A stretch of 62,788 bases of DNA, counting the filler. It is 7 parts of 7 records of this genome, joined end to end, with 100 filler letters (N's around TTAATTAATTAA, not from the genome) between each part and the next. Parts side by side here need not be neighbours in the genome. Positions count along the whole stretch, not along the records: positions 5,465 to 11,035 come from SRR31147125_5834; positions 11,136 to 18,192 come from SRR31147125_5850; positions 18,293 to 33,858 come from SRR31147125_5867; 4 more parts are not named here. One strand, written 5' to 3'. Made by a program: the position numbers and the translations under genes. Within the stretch, counting starts at the first letter, position 1. The number at the start of each line of letters is the position of its first letter. Positions 7,787 to 18,822 of this stretch are shown one piece after another. The notes below the pieces were generated by a model that was given only the letters and a program-made list of their open reading frames with translations, made no database searches and was not told the origin of the DNA.

Positions 7787-9529
7787 ATGAAATACGAATT
7801 AATTATAAAAAAATTATCAGGACATGATAAAACCGGAACAATAGGTAAAATGAATGTAAAAGAGGGTGACTCTATTAAGCCTGGAGATGTCCTGTTTATA
7901 ATAGAATCAAAAAAAGGAACACTTAAATATGTTTCGGATTATGATGGTGTAATTGAAAAATTAACAATATCAGAAGGAGATACTATTGAGAAAAAGCAAG
8001 TTATTGGAATTATTGATGGTGAATGCTTTTCACCTGAAAGTTGCGATATCAGTACTCCATCGGAAACACCGACTAAAAACATACCAAAAAGTTCGTATAG
8101 TTTTGGAATTTCAAAGCCTGCTAAAAAAGAGTTTGAAAAAGATGTAGTAATTGTAGGTGGAGGACCTGGAGGATATGTTGCAGCTATCAGAGCTGCGCAA
8201 AATGGAAAATCAGTGTTAGTGGTTGAGCGAGATAGATTGGGAGGAACATGTCTGAACTATGGATGTATTCCAACAAAGGCAATAATAAGTAGTGTAGAAT
8301 TATTCCGAAAAATAAAAAAAGCAGATGAGTTTGGAATAGAGATGGGGCAAGCTGCAAAACCAGTGATGAAAAAAATTATTGAAAGAAAAGAAAGTGTAGT
8401 TAATAATCTGGTTGCTGGGATAAAACATTTAATGGAAAAAAATAAGATTGAAATTATAGAGGGTAACGCAGAGGTAGAAGATGAGACAACTCTAATTGTT
8501 AAAAACAAAAAATTGGATGCAAAAATAAAATTTGAAAATTTAATTATTGCAACTGGTTCCAGTCCTAAATCAATACCTATTGAAGGCTCAAACTGTGAAT
8601 CGATATTGAATAGTGAAAGTTTGTTGGAACTTACAGAGATTCCTGCGTCTATGACAATTATAGGTGGTGGAGTAATAGGAATGGAGTTTGCTTTTATATT
8701 CAACTCTCTGGGAACAAAGGTGAATGTAATAGAATTTTTTCCAAGTATTTTAAATAATATGGATGATGACGTAATTGAAGTTGTCAGAGAATCAGCTATT
8801 GAAAATGGGATAAAACTATATGAAAATTCATGTGCAACTTCAATTAAAACATCACTTGATGGAGCAAAAATTGTCGAATTCCGCACTGATGATACACATA
8901 ATATTTTGATAAGTGATAAGGTAGCTATTGCAGTTGGAAGAACTGCAAATATTGAATCTCTTGAATTAGATAAACTTGGCGTTGAACTAAATGAAAAAGA
9001 GACTGGAATATATGTAGATGAGCATATGAGAACATCTAAAGAAAATATTTATGCAATTGGTGATGTGACAGATATTTTGCAATTAGCACACGTCGCTTCA
9101 CATCAGGGAATAGTTGCTGCAGATAATATTGCTGGAATTGAGAGTAAAATGAGGTATGATAATGTACCAAGTGCTGTTTTTACTTTCCCTGAAATAGGAA
9201 GCACAGGAGTAACAGAGAAAGAATGTAAAGAAAAAGAGATTGAATATAAAATTGGGAAGTTTCCATTATTTGCAAACGGTAAAGCACAAGCAATGGGAGA
9301 ACTAGAGGGTTTTGTAAAAGTTATAGCTGATGTAAAAACAAATCAGATAATCGGAGGGGCGATTGTCGGAATTCATGCAACAGATATGCTAAGTGTTATT
9401 ACCAATCTTATTGAGTCGAAGCTAACTCTTGAAAAAGCTTCACATGTGATTTATGCTCACCCTACAACAGCAGAGTCTATTCATGAAGCAATATTAAGTG
9501 CAGATAATAAAGGAATTCACTATGTATAA
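7787..9529 (+). CDS. lpdA: Dihydrolipoamide dehydrogenase with N-terminal lipoyl domain
   Basis: Lipoyl domain (VKEGDSIKPGDVLFIIESKKG...GVIEKLTISEGD), linker, GGGPGG, GGTCLNYGCIP redox disulfide, GGGVIG, HPTTAE. ATG 7787 follows GGAGG. Confidence 0.95.
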   Translation: MKYELIIKKLSGHDKTGTIGKMNVKEGDSIKPGDVLFIIESKKGTLKYVSDYDGVIEKLTISEGDTIEKKQVIGIIDGECFSPESCDISTPSETPTKNIPKSSYSFGISKPAKKEFEKDVVIVGGGPGGYVAAIRAAQNGKSVLVVERDRLGGTCLNYGCIPTKAIISSVELFRKIKKADEFGIEMGQAAKPVMKKIIERKESVVNNLVAGIKHLMEKNKIEIIEGNAEVEDETTLIVKNKKLDAKIKFENLIIATGSSPKSIPIEGSNCESILNSESLLELTEIPASMTIIGGGVIGMEFAFIFNSLGTKVNVIEFFPSILNNMDDDVIEVVRESAIENGIKLYENSCATSIKTSLDGAKIVEFRTDDTHNILISDKVAIAVGRTANIESLELDKLGVELNEKETGIYVDEHMRTSKENIYAIGDVTDILQLAHVASHQGIVAADNIAGIESKMRYDNVPSAVFTFPEIGSTGVTEKECKEKEIEYKIGKFPLFANGKAQAMGELEGFVKVIADVKTNQIIGGAIVGIHATDMLSVITNLIESKLTLEKASHVIYAHPTTAESIHEAILSADNKGIHYV

Positions 9530-10502
9530 ATATAAGGTTTATATATCAACTTCGTATGATCCAGCGTATAATTTGGCATTGGAAGAATATTTTATAGATA
9601 CACTTTCCGCGGATGTAAAGTTAATTTATCTCTGGCAAAATCAGAATACTGTGGTTATAGGGAGAAATCAAAACCCATATAAAGAGTGTAATTTAAAAGA
9701 GATGAAAAATGACGATGTAAAGTTAATTAGAAGATTATCAGGTGGTGGAGCAGTCTATCATGACTTAGGAAATATGAATTTTACATTTATATCATCTGAA
9801 GAAAGCTTTAATATTGATACAAATATTCAAATAATAATTAATGCATTAAAAAAATATAATATTTCTGCGGAGTTTAATGGTAGAAATGATATTATAGCTG
9901 AAGGAAGAAAATTCTCCGGCAACGCATATTTAACAGAAAATTATATGCATTGTCATCATGGTACTCTTTTAGTAGACCTAGAGATTTCGAAGCTAATGAA
10001 ATACCTTACGGTTTCAGAGTTAAAGATAGCATCAAAAGGAATTGATTCTATTTCTTCACGAGTTCTTAATTTAAAGGAATTGGCTCCCAATATAAAAATT
10101 GATAATCTAAAACAAAACTTAATTAATAGTTTTTCTAAAATGTATAATTGCAAACCTGAAATAATAAATGAACATATAGAAGAAAAAATTATTGCAAAAT
10201 ACATGAGAAAATATAAGTCTTGGGACTGGAATTACTCTGAAAGCCCTGAATTTGATATAAAACTGGAGAAAAAATTCTCATGGGGAATTATTGAAATATT
10301 GCTAAATATAGAAAATGGAATAATTAAAAATTCTAAAATTTTTACTGACTCTATAATTATTGAAGAATTTGAAAAATTAGGAACAGCATTAAACGAAATA
10401 GAGTTTAAGCTTTCAATGATAAGTGACACAGTAAGTAAAATTATTAAAACAAAGAACATTGCTTTAGATATAAAATCATTATTTAAAGAAAATTTAGCTT
10501 AA
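9522..10502 (+). CDS. lplA: Lipoate-protein ligase A
   Basis: NLALEE, LWQNQNTVVIGRNQN, RRLSGGGAVYHDLGN, GRNDI, KFSGNA, HHGTLL. ATG 9522 overlaps the end of lpdA. Confidence 0.95.
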   Translation: MYKYKVYISTSYDPAYNLALEEYFIDTLSADVKLIYLWQNQNTVVIGRNQNPYKECNLKEMKNDDVKLIRRLSGGGAVYHDLGNMNFTFISSEESFNIDTNIQIIINALKKYNISAEFNGRNDIIAEGRKFSGNAYLTENYMHCHHGTLLVDLEISKLMKYLTVSELKIASKGIDSISSRVLNLKELAPNIKIDNLKQNLINSFSKMYNCKPEIINEHIEEKIIAKYMRKYKSWDWNYSESPEFDIKLEKKFSWGIIEILLNIENGIIKNSKIFTDSIIIEEFEKLGTALNEIEFKLSMISDTVSKIIKTKNIALDIKSLFKENLA

Positions 10503-10533
10503 ATTTATTTTAGGAAGCAACAGATATATAATG

Positions 10534-10583
10534 AAACCTGTAAACTAAACACTTTTTTAAGTGTCCAGTTTACAGGTTTTTTT
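10534..10583 (+). terminator. Long hairpin terminator after lplA
   Basis: aaacctgtaaactaaacactt / aagtgtccagtttacaggttt (21-bp arms, 2 mismatches) plus T-run. Confidence 0.7.
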
Positions 10584-10610
10584 GATGCTATTTAATAAAC
10601 TAATAATAGA

Positions 10611-10672
10611 ATTGAGTAGATAGGCCGGATTTCCCCCAGAACCGTACTTGAATCTTTCAAATCATACGGCTC
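10611..10672 (-). mobile_element. Group II intron 3' remnant (domain V and a shortened domain VI)
   Basis: Minus strand GAGCCGTATGATTTGAAAGATTCAAGTACGGTTC is a 34-nt domain V with AGC triad and GAAA tetraloop. It continues ...CCTATCTACTCAAT, an intron-like 3' end. No RT ORF is present. Confidence 0.8.
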
Positions 10673-10931
10673 AAGCTATTTCAAACCGAGTTTTAAGCAG
10701 CGGTATTTAAGTGACATCTTGCATATTTAACTCATGTATAGGTGTTTATAAGATTTTCAATAATTATCATATTGCTTCTTCAGTACTTAGGAAAACAGGC
10801 ATCTTTTTTGAAATAGTACGGGTTAAATAATTATTCTCATATCTTCCCCTTTCGCCTAACAATGTCAATGCTAAGCTCTTTGCATAGTAATAATATTCCT
10901 ATTCTCAAATTAAAAATCAAGAAAAACATGA

Positions 10932-10981
10932 TTGACATCTATATATTGCTCTGTTATAATGCCGCACCTAAAAGTAGGTGC
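10932..10981 (+). promoter_or_regulatory. Consensus promoter with an adjacent palindromic operator for a gene truncated at the contig end (ATG 11026)
   Basis: TTGACA-17 nt-TATAAT (10932-10960); palindrome GCACCTA-AAAG-TAGGTGC (10964-10981); RBS AGGAGG at 11015-11020. Confidence 0.75.
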
Positions 10982-11135
10982 TTTGATTCGCCAAATGGTT
11001 AATCGTTATATAAGAGGAGGAAAAAATGTATTTTTNNNNNNNNNNNNNNNNNNNNNNNNNNNNNNNNNNNNNNNNNNNNTTAATTAATTAANNNNNNNNN
11101 NNNNNNNNNNNNNNNNNNNNNNNNNNNNNNNNNNN

Positions 11136-12219
11136 GGTGGCCCATGACTTCAACAATATGCTGGGCGTTATCCTGGGCCGCGCCGAGATAGCACTGAATA
11201 TGGTTGACCGGGACCATCCGCTCTTTAAGCACCTGCAGGAAATCCTCAGTGCTGCCGAGCGTTCCGCCAACCTAACCCGGCAACTGCTGACTTTTGCCCG
11301 CAAACAGACCGTTACCCCCAAAATACTCGACCTGAATGAGTCCATGAAAAACATGCTCAAGTTACTACGGAGGCTGATCGGTGAGGATATCACTCTTGCA
11401 TGGATGCCGGGTGAAAAGTTGTGGCCGGTGAAGGTGGACCCCTCCCAGATAGATCAGATTCTGGCGAACCTGTGCGTCAATGCCAAAGATGCCATCGCAG
11501 GGATAGGACAAATCACGATTGAAACACAGAACACTGTTTTCGACGCAACCAGCTGTGCCGACCATGGAGGTACCGCACCAGGCAAGTATGTGATGCTGGT
11601 GGTGAGCGACAACGGCTGTGGCATGGATAGGGACACTCTGGATAGACTTTTCGAACCCTTTTTCACCACCAAAGAAATGGGCAAAGGTACCGGCCTCGGA
11701 CTGGCTACGGTGCATGGCATTGTCAGCCAGAACAAGGGCTTCATCAATGTTTACAGCGAACTTGGACACGGCACGACGTTTCGGATCTACCTGCCCCGTC
11801 ATGCTGCCGATGCCCAACGGATGCTAAAAGATATTCCTGCGCTTCCGACCGCTCGAGGTCATGAAACCATCCTGCTGGTTGAAGACGAGTCAACGTTTCT
11901 GGAGATCGTACAGTTGATGCTGGAAAGTATGGGATATCGGGTGCTGACCGCCTCGACACCGAGCGAGGCCATCCCTCTTGCAAGAGAGCAGATTCATCTG
12001 CTCATCACCGACGTGATCATGCCTGAAATGTCCGGTCTGGATTTGGCGGAAAAATTAACCGCTCTCATCCCCGGCCTCAGATGTCTGTTCATCTCCGGCT
12101 TTACAGACAACGTCATCGCTCACCACGGCGTGTTGGACAAGGGGGGCACTTTTCTTCAAAAGCCGTTTTCAAAGCTTGCCTTGGCAACCAAGGTGCGCGA
12201 AATACTGGATAGCACATGA
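11136..12219 (+). CDS. Hybrid sensor histidine kinase / response regulator (CckA-like), 5' truncated
   Basis: AHDFNN H-box, [33 protein letters not shown], and a receiver domain (ILLVEDE...TDVIMP...KPF). Confidence 0.93.
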
Positions 12220-12244
12220 GGAGAGGAAAAGGAGGAACGTATCG

Positions 12245-15200
12245 ATGATGACAATTCCCGGCTATACCCTGATTGCGCCTGTCAGTGAGGATGGAGATCT
12301 GATGCTCTATCGAGCCAACCGAACACTCGATGGCCTGTCCGTACTGCTCAAAGCTCCCGTAGCCTCCAATCCGTCGCCGCTCATTTTCAGCCGGTTGGAG
12401 CATGAATACGAACTCGCCCGGGGTCTTGATCCGGACCGGATCACCCGGCCTTTGGAACTTGTCCGACATGGCGGCAAAGTGACCCTGGTTCTGGAGCAGG
12501 GGCCCACCAAGGCCCTGGCATCCCTGCTGGGGTCCCCAATGGAGATTCAGACCTTTCTCCGGATCGCCATCGCCATTAACGCCGCCTTGGCCGAGCTGCA
12601 CCGCCATGAGCTGGTTCATAAAGATCTCAAGCCTGAACACGTACTACTGGATGAAGAGGGCCACGTTTGGCTCACCGGCTTAGGCGTCGCCTCCCGTCTC
12701 CCCCGGGAACACCAGCCGCCGGAGCCGCCAGAAGCCATCGCCGGCACCCTGGCCTACATGGCTCCCGAACAGACCGGCAGAATGAACCGCTCCATCGATT
12801 CCCGCAGCGATCTGTACGCCCTGGGCGTGATCTTCTACCAGATGCTTACCGGCAAACTGCCTTTTATCGCAGGTGATGCAATGGAATGGGTCCACTGCCA
12901 TATTGCCCGACAACCGGTTCCGCCGTCCCAACGCGTTCCAACCCTGCCTGAGCCGCTCTCGGAGATGGTGATGACACTTCTGGCCAAGACCGCCGAGGAA
13001 CGTTACCAAAGCGTTGTCGGCCTCAATGCCGATTTGTGCCACTGTTTGGCAGATTGGGAGTCGAACAATGGCATCCTCCCCTTTGCGCTTGGCGTACACG
13101 ACACCCCGGACCGGCTTGTAGTGCCGGAGAAGCTGTACGGCAGAAGTTCCGAAATCGAGGCCCTGCTTGCCGCTTTTGACCGGGTCGTGGCCGGCGGCAC
13201 CACTGAACTGGTACTGGTCTCCGGCTATTCGGGCATCGGCAAGACCTCGGTGGTGCATGAGCTTCACAAAGCGCTTGTCCCCCCCGGGGGCTTTTCACGT
13301 CCGGCAAGTTCGATCAGTACAGACGTGACATTCCCTATGCCACGCTGATCCAGGCCCTCCAGACCCTCGTCCGTCAAATCCTCGGCAAAAGCGAGGCCGA
13401 GGTGAAAGGGTGGCGGGAAGCGCTGCAAAAGGCCGTAAGCCCCAACGGACAGCTGATCATCGACTTCATCCCGGAAGTTGAACTCATTATCGGTAAGCAG
13501 CCGTCGGTGCCGGATCTTCCTCCCCAGGAGGCGCGGAACCGCTTCCAGACGGTTTTGCTGCGGTTCATCGGCGTATTCGCCGGATCCCAGCATCCGCTGG
13601 CCCTTTTCCTCGATGATCTCCAATGGCTGGATTCGGCAACTCTCGAACTGATCTCTCACCTTGCCACGACATCGGAAGTGCGCGGTCTCCTGCTGGTGGG
13701 TGCCTACCGGGACAACGAGGTCACCCCTGAACACCCGCTCATGCAGACCCTTGAAACGATCCGCCAAGACGGGGCAGACGTCCAGGATATCGTACTTGCC
13801 CCTCTTACCGTCGACGACATATGCAGCCTCATCGCCGATTCCCTCTTCTGCACCCGGGAGCGTGCGCTTCCCCTGGCCCAGTTGCTGCATGAAAAAACCG
13901 GCGGCAATCCGTTCTTCGCCATTCAGTTCCTGACCGCGCTGACTGAAGAGAAGCTGCTTGCCTTTGACCCGGATGCGGGGTGCTGGACCTGGAACCTGCC
14001 CCACATCCGCGCCAGGAACTACACCGACAACGTGGTCGATCTCATGGCGGAAAAGCTCCAGAGACTACCCCCTGCCACCCGGGAAGCCCTGAAACAACTC
14101 GCCTGCCTGGGCAATGTCGCCGAGATCGACACCCTGGCCGCGGTCCATGGGGGAACGGAGGAGGCGATACGTGCAGCGCTCTGGCAGGCCGTTACCGACG
14201 GGCTCATCTTCCAGGAGGATAACAGCTGCAGATTCCTCCACGACCGGATCCAGCAGGCGGCCTATTCCCTGATCCCGGAAGCGCACCGAACAAAAGTCCA
14301 CCTGCACATCGGCCGCACCCTGCTGGCAAGTGTGTCGACGGACCATTTCTCCGAGCGCTTGTTCGATATCGCAACCCACTTCAATCGGGGCGCTGCGCTG
14401 CTGAGTGACCCGGAGGAGAAAGCACGCGTGGCGGAGATCGACCTGCGCGCCGGGCGCAAAGCCAAGGCGTCGGCAGCCTTTACCTCGGCCTGTGTCTATC
14501 TCGCAGCCGGCATGGCCCTGCTGGATGAAAGCGACTGGGAGAGTCGGTACGAGTTGACCTTCAGCCTGTGGCTTGATCGTGCGGAGTGCGAATTTCTAAT
14601 CGGCAACTTCGAGGCGGCCGAACGGCTGATCCAGACGTTGCTGCAGCAAGGGAGGTCAAAAATCGATTGTGCAGCCGTCTACCACCTGAAGGTTCTGGTC
14701 CATGTTCTCAAGTCGGAGAACCCCCAAGCCGTCGACAGTGCCCTCACCTGCCTGGGTATGTTCGGCATCGATCTTCCGGCGCACCCCTCGCCGGACCAAG
14801 TCGAGGCCGAATACGCCACCATGTGGAGCGCCCTGGAGGAGCGCCCAATCGAGAACCTGATCGACCTGCCGCTGATGACCGATCCGGAACTGTCGGCTGC
14901 CATGCAGGTGCTCTCGGTCCTCCTCGGCCCGGCCTATTTTACCGACATCAATTTGCATCGTCTGCACCTGTGCCGCATGGTGAACCTCAGCATACAGCAC
15001 GGCATCAGCGGCCCCACCGCGCACGGTTGCGGCTTTCTCGGGTTCATCCTCGGCCCGGCCTTTCATCGGTATGACGAAGCGTATCGTTTCGGCAAGCTCG
15101 CCTGCGACCTCGCCGAGAAGCACGGTTTCCTCGCCTATAAGGCAAGGACCTACGTCGCCATGGCACTGGTCGCCATCTGGTCCCGGCCGGCCAAGATAGC

Positions 15201-18192
15201 AGTCGATTTCAATCGGGCGGCCTTTGTCGCCGCCACGGAGACCGGGAGCCCGGAAATGGCCGGCTATAGTCTCTTCCATCTTCTGGCGGACCTTTTCTTG
15301 AGAAACGATCCGCTTGACGCCATGTGGCGCGAGTCGGAGATCGCCCTGAACTACGTCCGGAAAGCGAAGTTCAACGACGTTGCAGACATCATCGTGAGTA
15401 AACAACGGTTCATCGCCGCCATGCAAGGTCGCACCTCGACGATCTCCACCTTCAGCGACGCGCAGTTCGACGAGGCGGCCTTTGAGGCGGCACTGACACC
15501 GGAGCGGATGCCCATGTTGGTATGCTTATACTGGATCATTAAACTCAAGGCGCGGTACCTGTCCGGCGACTACGCAGAGGCCCTCGCGGTGGCGGGCAAG
15601 GTAAAGCCGATGCTCTGGGCTGCGGCCGCCCACATCCACCTGCTCGATTACTTCTTCTACACCGCGCTGGCGGTAACGGCGCTCTACGAGGAGGCTTCCC
15701 AAGAGACGCAGACCGAATGGGATGATCTGCTGACGGCGCACCTGGAGCAACTGCGCGAATGGGCCGAAAATTACCCGCCGAACTTCGCCGACAAATACAA
15801 GCTGGTTGCTGCCGAAATCGCCCGCATCAAAGGGCGGGAGATGGAAGCGATGCGGCTCTACGATCAGGCAATTCTCTCTGCCCGGGACAACGATCTTGTT
15901 CAACAAAAAGCGCTTGCCGCCGAGGTTGCAGCGCAGTTCTACAAGGTGAGAGGGTTTGAGAAAATCGCCCACACCTACCTTTGCGATGCCCATACCGATT
16001 ATGCCCGCTGGGGCGCAGGGGGCAAGGTGCGACAACTGGAGCACCTGCATCCGTGGCTGATCTCCTTGCAACAATCACAAACCGCGACCCTGGTCCAACA
16101 GCTGGATGCGGAATCGGTGGCCAAGGCACAGCAGGCGATATCGAGTGAAATCCTGTTGGACCGTCTTGCTCAGACGCTGTTGCGCATCGTTATGGAAAGT
16201 GCAGGCGCGCAGACTGGTTTCCTCTCTGTGGAAGGGGGCGGCCAACTCCGGGCCGAGATGGAAACGGACGCTGACGGCAGTGAGCGCATTGTGTTTGACG
16301 CCTCGCCCCAGGCCGCAAACATCCCCGGGGCGATCATGAACTATGTCCGCCACAGCCGTAAGGCGGTGATCCTGGACGATGCAAGCTCGGGCACGGGAGA
16401 GTTCTCGGCAGATGACTATCTGCGCCGCATCAAGCCGAAATCGGTGCTTTGCATGGCGATCCAACGCCGGGAGACCCTGCTGGCCGTCCTCTACCTGGAA
16501 AACAACCTGGTTACCGGGGCATTCACGCCTGAGCGCCGCACCGTCCTCGAAGTGCTCGCCGCCCAGGCCGCCATCTCTCTGGAAACGGCCGGCGTTTATA
16601 AGACGCTGCGGGAGAGCGAAGAACGTCTCCATCTTGCCACAAAAGCGACCGCAATCGGCGTCTGGGATTGGGATATTGTCAGTAATGTCCTTACATGGGA
16701 AGAGAGCATGTATTCCCTTTATGGGATTAACAAAGAGGATTTTGGCGGGGCATACGAAGCATGGAGCACCATGCTTCATCCTGAAGACCGACAATTTGCA
16801 GAGGGTGAGATTCAAGCTGCGCTTCGCAGTGAACGGGAATATGCCCCCGAGTTCCGCATTATTCGTTCGGATGGTGTTGTTCGGAACATAAAAGCAGATT
16901 CTAAAACCTTCTATGATGAGAGCGGCATCCCCGTACGTATGATCGGCACGAATGTTGACATTACAGAACGAAAGCGATCGGAAAAAGAAATCGCCCTGAA
17001 TCTGGCCATTAATCAGGCACTATCCTCACTATATATCCCTATTGTAACGACCGGTACCGACATTGAACAGATCGCTGACGTAGTGCTGGAAAAGAGCAGA
17101 CAATTGACAGGCAGCGCTCACGGCTTCGTGGCTGAAATCGATCCGGTGACAGGCGACCTGATTGCCCATACCAACACAAAAATGATGGAAACCGAATGCG
17201 CCATCGTAGAAGAAGAGCTGCGAAAAATACGATTTTCCAAAAGGGCGGATGGTCTCTTTAACGGACTGTGGGGACATGCTCTCAATACCAGGGAACCCTT
17301 CTATACCGATGAGCCTGCAACACATCCCGCTTCGGTTGGCGTCCCGGAAGGACATATCGCCTTTGAAAGGTTTCTGACGGTTCCTGTGTTGCTGGCAGGG
17401 GAACTGGTGGGACAGATTGCCCTATCCAATTCAAGCCGACCTTATACGGATCGGGACCTGGAGGCGATCAATCGTATTGCCGAATTTTATGCCCTGGCCA
17501 TCCAGAATAGGCGGGCGGAGGAGGAAATCCGAATATTGAACCAGGAACTCGAACAACGCGTCCTTAAGCGTACCGCCCAGCTCAAAGCGACCAACAATGA
17601 GCTTGAGGCATTTGCCTACTCCGTTTCGCACGATCTGCGGGCGCCGCTGCGCCATATCGGCGGTTTTCTAGATCTGCTGGAAAAAAAAGCGGGACCGACT
17701 CTGGACGAACAGAGCCGGCACTACATGGAAACCATTGCCAATTCGGCCGGGAAAATGGAGCAATTGATCAATGATCTGCTCTCATTCTCCCGCATGGGCC
17801 GCCAGAAGATGTCAACCCAAAGGGTGGAACTGGCTTCCCTGGTGCGTGAAGTCATCCGGGAACTTGATCCGGATGGAAGCGGCAGGGAGATCGAATGGCG
17901 CATCGGCGACCTTCCCGTGGTCGACGGTGATACTGCCATGTTGCGATTGGTGCTGACCAATCTGGTCTCAAATGGGTTGAAATTCACCCGGTCCCAAGCG
18001 CAGGCCCGAATCGAAATCGGGTCGTTTCCCAGCAACTCTTCTGACACCGTGATTTTTGTCCGGGATAACGGCGCCGGCTTCGACATGGCCTATGTGGATA
18101 AACTTTTCGGCGTGTTCCAGCGGTTGCACCGTGCCGAGGAATTCGAGGGCACCGGCATCGGCCTGGCCAATGTGCGCCGCATCATCGCCCGG
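12245..18192 (+). CDS. Multi-domain Ser/Thr kinase-like - AAA ATPase - GAF - PAS - GAF - histidine kinase sensor; one frameshift at ~13279-13290; 3' truncated
   Basis: ORFs 12176-13348 and 13402-18240 join if one C is restored in C7G5 (ALVPPRGLFTSGKFDQY). Motifs: HKDLKP, GTLAYMAPEQ, Walker A GYSGIGKT, LFLDDLQW, TGGNPFF, YLENN GAF, GVWDWDI PAS, SVSHDLRAPL, DNGAGF, GTGIGLA. ATG 12245 follows AGGAGG. Confidence 0.9.
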
Positions 18193-18292
18193 NNNNNNNN
18201 NNNNNNNNNNNNNNNNNNNNNNNNNNNNNNNNNNNNTTAATTAATTAANNNNNNNNNNNNNNNNNNNNNNNNNNNNNNNNNNNNNNNNNNNN

Positions 18293-18714
18293 TGGCCAAG
18301 GCGTTCCAGAATTACTTCGCCGTAAGGCTCCAACTGTTCACTGAAAGGAAGAAACGACAGCCAATCAATCAGAGAAGATTGATTCTCAATCTGTGCGGTT
18401 ACCCAGGGAGCAATATTTGTTCCCACGCGAACGGCTTGGTTAATTATGAGGGCCAATAGGCCAAGCAGCGGGATCCCTACAATAATAACAGATAATACGA
18501 GGATTACAGCCGCGGACAGTTTTTCGCGGCCACCAATTTTCAGTGTTAACCTGCGCTGCAAACCACGCAGCAGAGCAGAGGCTATTGCCGCCATGCACAG
18601 TGCTATAAGGTAGGAGCGGATCATAGTCATAAATGCTGCTACAACAAGCAGTAAAAACACCAGGATAAACCACCGACCGGCAGTATTTCTTCTTCCATCG
18701 TTATTGGATATCAA
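18293..18714 (-). CDS. AI-2E (PerM/TqsA) family transporter, 3' truncated
   Basis: Hydrophobic N-terminus typical of the family; TTG 18714 after GGGGGA. Confidence 0.75.
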
Positions 18715-18822
18715 CTGGAATCCCCCATTTGTTTCAGTGTTTTTCACCGTGTATAGACAATGCAAAAATTACAAAAAGTATTACTTACCTACAGGTAGAG
18801 AAATTCGTTATCCGCAAGCTGC

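Noticed and set aside
10961-10967. GTGCG on the minus strand as the 5' end of the group II intron
   Set aside because: It would give only ~355 nt with no recognisable domain I, and the bases are better explained by the plus-strand promoter and palindrome.
12113-18244. Many overlapping short or antisense ORFs in the track, here and elsewhere (e.g. 8257-8886, 36958-37968, 61941-62342)
   Set aside because: They are shadows of well-supported genes, with no motifs or RBS.
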